Source: an uncultured Phycisphaerales bacterium
Lineage (GTDB): Bacteria; Planctomycetota; Phycisphaerae; Sedimentisphaerales; Anaerobacaceae
Assembly: GCA_963772725.1 (NCBI GenBank)
Contig: CAVYYI010000003.1
Location: forward strand, 640,001-704,000
Length of the DNA stretch: 64,000 nucleotides
Direction of reading: 5' to 3'
In this document: piece after piece, positions 10,154 through 20,542 of the stretch
How the letters are laid out: each line of letters begins with the position of its first letter
How positions within the stretch are numbered: position 1 is the first letter of the stretch
Made by a program: the position numbers and the translations under genes
Notes under the pieces: generated by a model
Seen by the model: only the letters and a program-made list of their open reading frames with translations
What the model was told of the DNA's origin: nothing
Databases searched by the model: none

Positions 10154-11467
10154 ATGTCAGATGAAGTAGTTGAAAAATGGCTCAAGAGTTGTAAATTTGC
10201 TCAAGTCAACGGCAAACGCCTGCGACCGCTCCAACATACTTTACTAAAAGGAACTCCGCTATCAGTACAAAAAGGCCAGGCAGAAGCATACTGGTTTTCT
10301 GATGAAACCGGTCAAAACTGGATTTTAAAAAAATTTCATAACGGAAAGAACCCTGATTCCAAATATCTCAACTCTATAGCTTCTCTACTGCCAAAAAATG
10401 ATGCGTTTAAGGCGGGAACACAGCGACAGATATTATCTGCTTGTACATTAAATAGGAATCCCGGCTGTTATTATACCGCCGCTCTTGCCAACTGGCTTGA
10501 TGGCACAGTCCTGATGCCAAAAATCCTCGGCTGCGACTGGTCTGCAACGGCAGATGACATTCGTGAAGGCAAGCTTGAACTTCAAAGAGGGCTTCGTATT
10601 CAACTGGCGTTAAATCTTGTCAACGTAATAGAGATTTTAGAAAAATACAATTGTTGTCATAGAGATATCTCAAGTGGAAATGTTTTCATCATAATCGCAT
10701 CGGGTGAAATATATTTAATCGATTTCGACAGTATGTATCATCAAAATCTGGCTATGCCACAAGCTACTACATGCGGCAGTGTCGGCTACATCTCACCTTA
10801 TGCCTGGCTTTCAAATAATCTTGATGCGAAAAGAACATGGTGTCCTTATGCGGATCGGTACGCCTTGGCAATAATTATTGTTGAATTCCTTACTTTAGGC
10901 AAAGGTTCACCGCTGACAGCTGAAGGCGGAATGTTTGAACAGGAAGAGCTGCGTAAACGTGGTGGCAAAGGTATCGACAACATAAGAATGGTTCTTGGCA
11001 ATGAATGGACACAAGTTCTTCCACTGTTTGATGCTGTGATAAACAGCAAAGATTTTGCATCATGTCCAGCTCCTCAAGATTGGCAGCAGGTATTGAATAA
11101 GACACCTGAGGATAGCATAAGATTTCCTCGAATAGATGAATTGGAAAGTATTCGGCCGGACTATTTTGGCGAGATACTCGGCAAACTTCGGCCTAAAGCA
11201 CCGTTGTACTCGGCGCCGAGTCTTTCTGATATGCCATCGGTCAGTCTTAATCTGTCGCAAACTGTTGCAAAGCCCGTGTCGTTGCCTCCCGATCCCTGGC
11301 AATACTTGGAAATAATAAAAAGGTGTATGGAGTTTCTGTCCATAATGAGGAAACACTTGGCACTAATAAAAAGATATTTAGAATTCATGCCCATAATATT
11401 TAGGAAATACTTGGAATTAATAAAAAGGTATATAGAGTTTCTATCCATAATGTTTAGGAGAGTATGA
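10154..11467 (+). CDS. Ser/Thr protein kinase with repetitive C-terminal tail
   Basis: ILKKF, HRDISSGN, IDFDS, GSVGY and DRYAL motifs. Confidence 0.88.
   Translation: MSDEVVEKWLKSCKFAQVNGKRLRPLQHTLLKGTPLSVQKGQAEAYWFSDETGQNWILKKFHNGKNPDSKYLNSIASLLPKNDAFKAGTQRQILSACTLNRNPGCYYTAALANWLDGTVLMPKILGCDWSATADDIREGKLELQRGLRIQLALNLVNVIEILEKYNCCHRDISSGNVFIIIASGEIYLIDFDSMYHQNLAMPQATTCGSVGYISPYAWLSNNLDAKRTWCPYADRYALAIIIVEFLTLGKGSPLTAEGGMFEQEELRKRGGKGIDNIRMVLGNEWTQVLPLFDAVINSKDFASCPAPQDWQQVLNKTPEDSIRFPRIDELESIRPDYFGEILGKLRPKAPLYSAPSLSDMPSVSLNLSQTVAKPVSLPPDPWQYLEIIKRCMEFLSIMRKHLALIKRYLEFMPIIFRKYLELIKRYIEFLSIMFRRV
11301..11459 (+). repeat. three tandem 51-54 bp repeats at the kinase 3' end
   Basis: Units start at 11301, 11352 and 11406 and encode YLELIKRYxEFLSIM(F)RK-like peptides. 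Confidence 0.85.
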
Positions 11468-11719
11468 AATGGAAATATTATCATATTTAGGGTTGTCAGA
11501 AAAAAAAGGTGATTGATATGGAAAAGAATTTAACCGGAACAGATGTTAACCAAGTAAAGATAACAAGCCTGTTACACATTCGAGGTCAACCCAAGGTCAT
11601 TGAGAACATTGAGGAATTGCGATTTCTTCTTTATCCCGGCAGACTAGAGAAGCAGGACCTTGTTCAAATTCAGCAGGACAATGAAGGCGTAATTTGGCTT
11701 TAGAGTATTTGTAAAAAAT

Positions 11720-12052
11720 GTGAATTTGGGCAATTTTATGCTGAAAGAACTATCTAAAACAGACAATGACCAATGGCCGCAAAAACCAGTAGAGTTTCCA
11801 CAGCTTATAACTCCGGTCGTCTTACCCGATGGCAATGGTGGTTTCACACCTTGCCCTGAATTAATGACCGAGGAAGAGCTTATCATCTATTTGCGTATTG
11901 CACAAATAAGCAATGCGCAAAATTACCATAATGTGATTGATAATCTCAAAAGAATGCACGGCTTACCCCGTATTCATATATGCGGCAAGCCTCTTTATCC
12001 AATTGAGGCTATAAGGCAGTGGATAGCAAATAAAACTTTAACAGAAAAATAA
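11720..12052 (+). CDS. excisionase-like HTH protein
   Basis: LMTEEELIIYL...GLPRIHICGKPLYPIEAIRQWI pattern, immediately upstream of the integrase. Confidence 0.7.
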   Translation: MNLGNFMLKELSKTDNDQWPQKPVEFPQLITPVVLPDGNGGFTPCPELMTEEELIIYLRIAQISNAQNYHNVIDNLKRMHGLPRIHICGKPLYPIEAIRQWIANKTLTEK

Positions 12053-12054
12053 AC

Positions 12055-12103
12055 TTGCGCTCAATCTGTTTGCTGGCTATAATACAACTCGGATTAATCC
12101 GAG
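12055..12103 (+). promoter_or_regulatory. integrase sigma70-type promoter with palindromic operator
   Basis: TTGCGC-17-TATAAT (12055-12083) followed by the perfect palindrome CTCGGATTAATCCGAG (12088-12103). Confidence 0.65.
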
Positions 12104-12131
12104 CCAATCCAGCATCAGAAAGGAGGTCAAT

Positions 12132-13387
12132 ATGAAAATGCTGGTAAAGCTCTGGAAAAGACCATCATATGATGGCGAAAGGTTTACTTACTATTTGCTC
12201 TATACAGATGAGCAACGAAAAAGAAGGCAGAAATCCTTAGGACATACTGATGCACGGAAGGCAGAAAGGCAACGGGCACAATTGGAACGGGAATTGAGAA
12301 TGGGTATTGTTGAGCCTGGCTCTATGAAGCTGAGCGAGTTTGTGAAAGACAGTTTGAGAAGAACTGGCAGTCAAGTCAGAGAAAGTACTCGTGAGGAATA
12401 TCAAGCAGCTATGGAAGATTTCGTCGGGGTTGTCGGCAATATCGATTATCAAAAGGTCTCTGTTGAGCAGGCCGAATTTTATCGCCAAGCCTGCTTGGAC
12501 AAGGGGAACAGCCCTGCGACAGTATCCAAGAAATTACGTGAGGTCAAATGCATATTCGAAGCTGCTATTAAACGTAAGCAGTTAGAGGAGAATCCTTTTA
12601 AATATATTAAGAAGCCGAGAAGTCCTCAGACTGAAATTCACATTTATCGTCATAAGGAATGTGAGCGTGTCTTGAAGTCGGCTCAGGATTTTACTCAGGA
12701 ATCGAATTCTCTAACTTCTGTAAGGTGGGACTTACTGATTATTGTTGCACTCTCCACCGCTCTAAGACGTGGAGAACTCTTAAATTGCACTTGGGGAGAT
12801 ATTGACTTTGAAGAGCAGAACATAAAGGTTTCTCCAAAGGCTGACACTCCTGCTACTTGGGAGTGGTTGATAAAGGATACGGACAGGAGAACGCTCCCAT
12901 TAACAGATGAACTCACTCAGCTGCTTGCCGACCACCAAAGCAGGCAATTTGAAGGATATCCCTATGTTTTCGTTCCGCCTACCCGCTACGACTGGATTCA
13001 AAGGGAACTACGTGGAAAAGGAATATGGACTTACTCTGATTCTCGACTGAAGGTAGTAAACAACTTCACAAGAGATTTCGACTACATCTTAGAAAAGGCA
13101 AGTGTAGAAAGAGGCACTTTCCACGATTTGAGAAGGACCGCTGTTTGCAATTGGTTTGCACAAGGCCTTAAGGAATATGATGTGATGAAACTTGCTGGTC
13201 ATGCAGATTTCAAGACTACTCACAAATTCTACCTTGCTGTATCTGATGATTTGGTAGACCGGGCAAGATTAGCAAACACCCAAGGTTTGTGCCAAAATCT
13301 GTTGCAAATCTGTTGCAGTAGGGATTTCGATGTTGAAATAAAAAAAGCTGACAGTCATAACCAACTGTCAGCTAAGGATTTACCGAA

Positions 13388-13406
<19 letters not shown>
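12132..13406 (+). CDS. int: tyrosine recombinase/integrase
   Basis: LRRGEL (R), HDLRR (HxxR) and LAGHADFKTTHKFY (H, Y). The 3' end runs into tRNA-Phe. Confidence 0.95.
13340..13373 (-). terminator. intrinsic terminator downstream of tRNA-Phe
   Basis: AGCTGACAGT-8 nt-ACTGTCAGCT stem followed by a T-run on the minus strand. Confidence 0.65.
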
Positions 13407-13460
<54 letters not shown>

Positions 13461-13514
13461 TGAAAAACTGCTAAAAGTAAAGTTTAGCAGAAATAAACAA
13501 CAATGCAAGAAAAT

Positions 13515-14141
13515 TCAGCTGAAAAACCCCCCAAAACCCACAATGATGGAGGGAATTCCCTCTGCAAGAAATAGCCACTGCCAGCCTGGCAAGTCCAATT
13601 TTCCCGACAAGGTGTCCATAATCAGACCCGATATCGGGTTGCCGATCACGCCTGAGACAGCAATAGCGGAGACGAACAGGGCGGTCCGGGTGGCGCGAAG
13701 GCGGGATGGATACCACAACGTCAGGTAGAAAATGATGCCGGGAAAGAAACCGGCTTCGGCAATGCCGAGTAGACAACGCATGCCGTAGAACATCCATTCG
13801 TTCTTTACGAATATCATCGCAGAGGAGATAATACCCCAGGAGACCATAATCCGCGCTATCCATGTTCGTGCACCGAATTTCCTGAGAAGAATGTTGCTGG
13901 GTACCTCGAAGAAAAAATATCCGATGAAAAAGATACCTGCACCGACAGCGAAGGCGGTATCGGAAAGGGACAAGTCTTTGAACATCTGGAGTTTGGCAAA
14001 CCCGATGTTGATACGGTCTATGTATGCGAGAATATAACAGAGAAACAGAAATGGAATAATGTGCCAATCGACTTTAGAGTAAACCTTAGCTTCAAAAATT
14101 TTGTCGACAGTTGTTGTTTCCCGTAAGGTACAAAAATTCAT
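13515..14141 (-). pseudogene. truncated MFS transporter (ACS/TtuB-like), N-terminal half only
   Basis: YIDRINIG, FEVPSN, GIAEAGFFPG and GWQWLF motifs. Stops at 208 aa, about half the normal length. Confidence 0.75.
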
Positions 14142-14467
14142 AGCTTAGCCTGTACGTCTTTTTCAAAAGTGGAACAATTCAGCAAGAGACACATTTCTGA
14201 TTTAGCTCCAAATTGTCAATAATATTATTGTTGAACCGTCTTCTTTTTGTTCGCATTTTTTTAGCTTGTCCCAGCCATTTCTTTTTCGGTAAAGTTTTAT
14301 AGTTTGCATCTATCTGATACACATATGATATCGTAACTTCTATTATCAGGGTAATCAAGTATAATGTACCATATAATTGGGATAGGCAGGGAACATCGTA
14401 TCCCAAGCTCAATAATAAGTTCTGTTGATTTTATCAGCGATTTATCGTAGATTGTAGGTCAAAGCCA

Positions 14468-14905
14468 ATGAATAAGAGAAATATATTAAAGACAATTATT
14501 GGTATAACACTTATCGCGTTAGCTGGGGGATACCTGCTTTGGCAGGGGTTTTCCTCTTCGTGGGCATATTATTACTCCGTGGATGAATATGTCAGCAGTA
14601 AAGTTTTCCAAACCGGAGCGGGCGGCGGCAGGATGATACGAATCGCCGGTGTTGTAAAAAAGGACAGCCTCGTGACAAACGAGGAAAAAATGCAGCTTAA
14701 ATTTGAGCTGGCAGGGCAAAAATCCGTTCTGCCTGTCGAATACAAGGGGATTGTCCCAAAAAATTTCGAGGGCGGCAAAGAGGTTGTTGTTGAAGGTGTT
14801 CTCGGGAATAACGGGATATTCAAGGCTGAGCAGATTCTTACAAGGTGTGAGTCGAAATATGAGGCAAGACTTAAAACTACCAAACAGGAAAAGACCGGAT
14901 ACTGA
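14468..14905 (+). CDS. ccmE: cytochrome c maturation heme chaperone CcmE (Cys type)
   Basis: N-terminal TM, IRIAGVV, FEGGKEVVVEG, ILTRCESKY. Confidence 0.88.
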   Translation: MNKRNILKTIIGITLIALAGGYLLWQGFSSSWAYYYSVDEYVSSKVFQTGAGGGRMIRIAGVVKKDSLVTNEEKMQLKFELAGQKSVLPVEYKGIVPKNFEGGKEVVVEGVLGNNGIFKAEQILTRCESKYEARLKTTKQEKTGY

Positions 14906-14907
14906 TA

Positions 14908-15651
14908 ATGGCCGAAATTTTACAACACAGCGATGGGGATATGCCCGCAATTAAAGCTGCGGAGGTTTGCAAATCCTTTGAGAGCCGGGCGGTGCTTGAA
15001 AAAATAAATCTGCGTCTTGGCAGCGGTGAAGGGCTGTGTATATGCGGGAAAAACGCCTCGGGTAAAACCACGCTTTTGCGGACAATCGCCGGTCTTTTGA
15101 GGCCAAACAGCGGTTCGGTTGAGATTTGCGGATTTGATACGCAACAGCGGCGGGAGGAAGCTATGGCGATGCTCGGTGCGGTATTTCATAAAAGTATGAT
15201 ATATCCGCAACTGACAATTATTGAAAATCTCAGGTTTTTCGCAGGGTTATACGGTCTGAAAAATGTCAACGGCCTGATAGATGAACTTTTAGAGCGAACG
15301 TATCTTGCGGATTATAGATATGAAAAGGCTGGTATTCTTTCTGCGGGTATGCTTCAGCGGCTTGCCCTGGTCAGGGCATTGATACACAGCCCGAAAGTCC
15401 TTCTGGCCGATGAGCCTTTCTCTGCCCTGGATTCACAGGGAAGTGAACTTGTGATTAAAATGCTCCATGATTTCAGAAGCGCAGGCGGGGCCATCTTAAT
15501 GACTTCGCATAATCTCGATTCCGCCCTTCATTGCTGCAGCAGGGCGGCGGTTCTCGATGAGCATAAAATAATTTTTGACGCTGAAATTAGGGACATAACT
15601 CTGAGTGAATTCTCCAGGGATTATCTTTTTTACGCGAGGGTAAACCGTTGA
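14908..15651 (+). CDS. ccmA: heme exporter ATP-binding protein CcmA
   Basis: GKNASGKT, LSAGM, LLADEP, ccm context. Confidence 0.85.
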   Translation: MAEILQHSDGDMPAIKAAEVCKSFESRAVLEKINLRLGSGEGLCICGKNASGKTTLLRTIAGLLRPNSGSVEICGFDTQQRREEAMAMLGAVFHKSMIYPQLTIIENLRFFAGLYGLKNVNGLIDELLERTYLADYRYEKAGILSAGMLQRLALVRALIHSPKVLLADEPFSALDSQGSELVIKMLHDFRSAGGAILMTSHNLDSALHCCSRAAVLDEHKIIFDAEIRDITLSEFSRDYLFYARVNR

Positions 15652-16361
15652 GAAGCTTTGCTGATACGATAAAAGCTATATTCATTAAGGATATTATTAC
15701 CGAGTTCAGGAGCAGGCAGGTACTGCCGGCGGTTATAATATTCGGTATAATTATCGCGTGGGTTTTCCGGATTGTAAGCCAGAGTGGGACAGCGGACAGC
15801 GGGTCGCTGACCGCGGCGGTTCTGGTTGTCGCGTTATTGTTCGCTGTAATACTGACCGGTGAAAGGGCATTTGCCGTTGAGCAGCAGAACGACTGCATAA
15901 GCGGCCTGCTGATGGGCTGCGGCGATGTCGCCAATATCTACCTGGCGAAACTGCTGGTTAATGTTGCCATGTTATGCATTTTCGAGATTTTTGTGATTCC
16001 GGCGGTATTTGTGCTTTTTAATATATCCGCGGGCGGCAGATTGCCCGAATTGATTATCGTGCTGCTGCTGGTTAATACAGGCGTTTCATCTCTGGCGACT
16101 TTGCTGGGTTGTGTTGTCCAGGGGACAAAGGCGCAGAACGCGCTTTTGAGCATACTTGTAATGGCGGTTTTGGCGCCAATGGTGATACCGGCTGTCGCGG
16201 CATTGATGGCGTTATTTGGTTCGTGGGAATCGGCTGATTTCGGAAGCAGTGTTCTGAATATAGTCGGCGGTTATAAAAGAGCTGTCGGTTTTTTAGCCGC
16301 GTTCGATGTGATATTTGTTACGCTTTGCTGGCTGTTATTCGGTTTTGTTGTTGAGGAATAG
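15648..16361 (+). CDS. ccmB: heme exporter permease CcmB
   Basis: KDIITEFRSR, about six TM segments, IYLAKL, ccm context. Confidence 0.85.
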   Translation: MRSFADTIKAIFIKDIITEFRSRQVLPAVIIFGIIIAWVFRIVSQSGTADSGSLTAAVLVVALLFAVILTGERAFAVEQQNDCISGLLMGCGDVANIYLAKLLVNVAMLCIFEIFVIPAVFVLFNISAGGRLPELIIVLLLVNTGVSSLATLLGCVVQGTKAQNALLSILVMAVLAPMVIPAVAALMALFGSWESADFGSSVLNIVGGYKRAVGFLAAFDVIFVTLCWLLFGFVVEE

Positions 16362-16370
16362 GCGGGATAA

Positions 16371-16989
16371 ATGCGGAATGTACTTTTAGTAATAAGCTGG
16401 ATTCTGATAACAGTTTCAATATGGCTTGCCTTAGGCGCTGCTGCAATCGAGCCGGTACAGCGAAATATTATTTATGTCCATGTGCCTGCCTCAGTCTGTT
16501 CGATGATTTGTTTTGTGCCGCTGTTTATTTGCTCGGTATGTTATCTTGCTACAAAGCGTCAGGGATGGGACATTACCGCTTGTGCCTGTGCGGAGGTCGG
16601 ACTTGTTTTTGCGACCGCTATGAATCTGAGCGGAATGATTTTTGCTCATGCCGAATGGAACATCTGGTGGACGCCGAGCCCGAGATTAATCAGTGCAGCG
16701 GCACTGTGGTTTTTGTATGCGGCGTATCTATTATTAAGGGCAAGTTTTGCGAATGAGTCTCGAACGCCCGCGGATTTGTGCGGTTTTTGGGATTATCGCT
16801 TTTGCGGATGTTCCGATTGTGTTTATCAGCGCAAGATTCATACGCGATATTCACCGTGCGAATTTCAGTTTCGATAACGGCTGGCAGTATGCCGCTATGG
16901 GTTTGGCGATGCTTGGAACGCTGATTCTGGGTACATCGCTGATTTGGCTGAGAGCCGAAATGTTGAAAATCAAGGCAAAGACTTATTGA
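16371..16989 (+). CDS. ccmC: heme exporter CcmC (frameshift near 16765)
   Basis: IIYVHVP and WNIWWTPSPRL. The C-terminus (AVFGIIAFADVPIV...DIH) is in the next frame. Confidence 0.85.
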
Positions 16990-19900
16990 TGATTGATTTG
17001 AAAGTGGATATTATCAATGCTGTACGTTGGTCTGGTGATAACGGGTTTATGACTGATTTACTTTAATACACTTAAGTTTAAGGAGTTGAGAAATGGGTTA
17101 CAAAGCAACAAATTTTAGAATGTCGTCCGTTTTTATGTTTGCGCTGATATTGGCCATCTCAGCAGCGGCTGTTGCAGATGTCAAATTACCTGCTGTTATA
17201 GGTGATAATATGGTCTTGCAGCAAAAAACAAAGGCTCCAATATGGGGCTGGGCAGACCCTGGTGAAAAAGTAAGCATAAAAGCTGACTGGCAAAAAGATG
17301 TTACAGCTGAAACAGACAAAGATGGCAAATGGATGGTGAAACTCCAGACTCCATCCGCCGGCGGGCCTTATAGTGTGCAAATTAAGGGTAAGAATGAAAT
17401 CGTTCTGAAAAATGTTCTTGTCGGCGAGGTCTGGATTTGTGCGGGGCAATCGAATATGCAGATGCGTGTTTCCACTGCGGCAAATGCGCAGGAGGAAATC
17501 GCGGCGGCGAATTATCCGAAAATACGCATGTTTAACGTCAAAAATAAAACGGCTGTAACTCCGCAGGCGGATTGTGAGGGTTCGTGGCTGGAATGTTCAT
17601 CGGCGACAGTGTCGGAGTTCAGCGCTGTGGGGTATTTCTTCGGCAGGGAACTCAATAAAAAACTTAATGTCCCGGTAGGGCTGATTAATACAAGCTGGGG
17701 TGGGGCAGTTGCCGAGACGTGGACAAGAAAGGCTGTTCTTGAATCTGAACCTGATTTCAAGCCTATACTCGAACGTTATGATGGGGCGGTAAAGAATCTG
17801 CCGACGGCAATGAAAGAATACGAAAAGAAGCTTAAAGAATGGGAAAATCAAACCGCCGCCGCCAAAGCCGACGGGAAACCAGCACCTAAAAAGCCTATCC
17901 AGCCCAATCCGGACAATCAACAAAGTCCGTCAGCCCTATACAACGCGATGGTCGCACCGCTGATTCCATACTACATTCGCGGCGTCATCTGGTATCAGGG
18001 TGAAAGCAACGCGCGAAGAGCTTATCAGTATCGAAAACTTTTCCCGGCGATGATAAAGAACTGGCGTGATGACCGGGGCGAAGGGCAATTTCCGTTTTTG
18101 TTTGTGCAGATAACGCCTTTTAAGGGTCAAAACCCTGAAATCCGCGAGGCCCAGTTAATGACTATGCGTTCCGTACCTGATACCGGCATGGTTGTAACGA
18201 CGGACATAGGCGACCTATCCACCATTCATCCCAAAAACAAGCAGGAGGTCGGCAGAAGGCTGGCACTGTGGGCATTGGCGAAAACTTATGGTGAAAAGGA
18301 CATTGTTTATTCCGGGCCGATTTACAAATCCATGAAAATAGAAGGCGATAAAATACGAATTTCCTTCGATTACACAGATGGCGGACTTATCGCAAAAGGC
18401 GATGCTCTTACACGGTTCACAATTGCCGGAGAAGACCGGCAGTTTGTTGACGCTAATGCTGTTATTGACGGGGACACAATAGTTGTTTCAAGTGCGCAGG
18501 TGAAAAAACCGGTTGCCGTACGGTTTGGCTGGACCGATACTCCTCAGCCAAATCTTTTCAACAAAGCCGGTTTACCCGCGTCTCCCTTCCGCACGGACGA
18601 CTGGCCTGGCATAACCGCGGATAAAAAATAGAGGTCGGTTTTTAGCGGCGTCCGCGAATTTGCGCAGTTTTTGGGATTATTACTATTGATGATTGATTTG
18701 AAAGTGGATATTATCAATGCTGTACGTTGGTCTGGTGATAACGGGTTTATGACTGATTTACTTTAATACACTTAGTTTAAGGAGTTGAGAAATGGGTTAC
18801 AAAGCAGCAAATTTTAGAATGTCATCCGTTTTTATGCTTGCGCTGATATTGGCCATCTCGGCAGCGGCTATAGCAGATGTCAAATTGCCTGCTGTTATAG
18901 GTGATAATATGGTCTTGCAGCAAAAGACCAAGGCGGCAATATGGGGCTGGGCAGACCCGGGTGAAAAAGTAAGCATAAAAGCTGACTGGCAAAAAGATGT
19001 TACAGCTGAAACCGACAAAGATGGCAAATGGATGGTGAAACTCCAGACTCCATCCGCCGGCGGGCCTTATAGTGTGCAAATTAAGGGTAAGAATGAAATC
19101 GTTCTGAAAAATGTTCTTGTTGGCGAGGTCTGGGTATGTTCGGGGCAATCAAATATGGAGATGCGAGTTTCCGCTTCAGCGAATGCTCCGGAGGAAATCG
19201 CCGCCGCGAATTATCCCAAAATTCGACTCTTTACCGTTAAGCGGAATCCTGCCACTGCGCCACAGACAAATTGTGAGGGTTCCTGGTCGGAATGTTCATC
19301 GGCAACAGTGCCGGAGTTTAGCGCTGCTCGCATATTCCTTTGGCAGGGAACTGCACAATAAACTCAATGTTCCCATCGGTCTGATTCATACGAGCTGGGG
19401 CGGCACTCCGGCGGAGGCATGGACAAAAAAAGAAGTTCTCCAGTCTGAGCCGGATTTCAAACCTATACTCGACCGTTACGAACAGGCCTTAAAAGACTTT
19501 CCGGAGGCCAAGAAAAAATACGATGAAGCTTTACCCGAATGGCAAAAAAATGCCGCTGCGGCCAAAGCCAGCGGTAAGAAAGAGCCTCCAAAACCACGTT
19601 TGCCGATGGGGTCAGGTCATCAGAATGGCCCATCAGCTCTTTATAATGGTATGGTTAATCCCATTATTCCTTATGGAATCCGTGGTGTTATCTGGTATCA
19701 GGGAGAAAGCAACGCGCCAAGAGCTTATCAGTATCGAAAGCTTTTCCCCGCTATGATTAAAAACTGGCGAGACGACTGGAAAGAGGGACAATTTCCGTTC
19801 CTGTTTGTGCAGATAGCGCCTTATAAGAATCAAAACCCTGAAATCCGCGAGGCCCAGTTAATGACTATGCGTTCTGTGCCTAACACAGGCATGATTGTAA

Positions 19901-20332
19901 CAACAGACATAGGCGATTTAACCAGTATTCATCCCAAAAATAAGCGGGAGGTCGGCAGAAGGCTGGCGCTGTGGGCACTGGCGAAAACTTATGGAGAAAA
20001 GGACATTGTTTATTCCGGGCCGATTTACAAATCTATGAAAATAGAAGGCGATAAAATACGAATTTCCTTCGATTACACCGATGGCGGACTTATCGCAAAA
20101 GGTGATACTCTTACACGTTTCACAATTGCCGGAGAAGACCGGCAGTTTGTTGACGCTAATGCTGTTATTGACGGGGACACAATTGTTGTTTCAAGTGCGC
20201 AGGTGAAAAAGCCGGTTGCTGTCAGGTTTGGCTGGACCGATACTCCTGAACCAAATCTTTTCAACAAAGCGGGTTTACCTGCCTCTCCTTTCCGTACCGA
20301 TGATTGGCCTGGCATTACCGCCGATAAAAATT
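16984..20332 (+). repeat. tandem ~1.65 kb duplication (16984-18629 / 18684-20332)
   Basis: Near-identical ~108 bp upstream regions and near-identical gene ends. Confidence 0.9.
17093..18631 (+). CDS. sialate O-acetylesterase (SGNH), copy 1
   Basis: Signal peptide, GDNMVLQQ, GQSNM, WYQGESN, IHPKNK, PASPFRTD. Confidence 0.9.
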   Translation: MGYKATNFRMSSVFMFALILAISAAAVADVKLPAVIGDNMVLQQKTKAPIWGWADPGEKVSIKADWQKDVTAETDKDGKWMVKLQTPSAGGPYSVQIKGKNEIVLKNVLVGEVWICAGQSNMQMRVSTAANAQEEIAAANYPKIRMFNVKNKTAVTPQADCEGSWLECSSATVSEFSAVGYFFGRELNKKLNVPVGLINTSWGGAVAETWTRKAVLESEPDFKPILERYDGAVKNLPTAMKEYEKKLKEWENQTAAAKADGKPAPKKPIQPNPDNQQSPSALYNAMVAPLIPYYIRGVIWYQGESNARRAYQYRKLFPAMIKNWRDDRGEGQFPFLFVQITPFKGQNPEIREAQLMTMRSVPDTGMVVTTDIGDLSTIHPKNKQEVGRRLALWALAKTYGEKDIVYSGPIYKSMKIEGDKIRISFDYTDGGLIAKGDALTRFTIAGEDRQFVDANAVIDGDTIVVSSAQVKKPVAVRFGWTDTPQPNLFNKAGLPASPFRTDDWPGITADKK

Positions 20333-20334
20333 AG
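18792..20334 (+). CDS. sialate O-acetylesterase, copy 2 (frameshift near 19330)
   Basis: Same motifs as copy 1, split over two frames. Confidence 0.88.
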
Positions 20335-20389
20335 CGGTTCTTGAAAACAAGTTGCAAAATTCAGCGCAATTAGTTAGTTTATAGGGTTA

Positions 20390-20472
20390 GGCCGAGTGGC
20401 GGAATGGCAGACGCTGGGGACTTAAAATCCCCTGTCCATAAGGGCGTATGGGTTCGACTCCCATCTCGGCTA
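20390..20472 (+). tRNA. tRNA-Leu (TAA)
   Basis: GGCCGAGTGGCGGAATGGCAGACGC GGGGA-CTTAAAA-TCCCC, long variable arm, GGTTCGACTCC. Confidence 0.95.
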
Positions 20473-20542
20473 ATTTTTATGCCCGGCCGGCGTCACTAAG
20501 GGTAAGAAAGTTATTTATTTTTTTGTGTTTTACGGAAGAAAA

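Noticed and set aside
14378..14409. GGGATAGGMAGGGAAC match to ~29036 and a small hairpin
   Set aside because: A single short match with no supporting context; may be chance.
17093..20334. Diversity-generating retroelement TR/VR pair
   Set aside because: No reverse transcriptase, and the differences are not adenine-specific.
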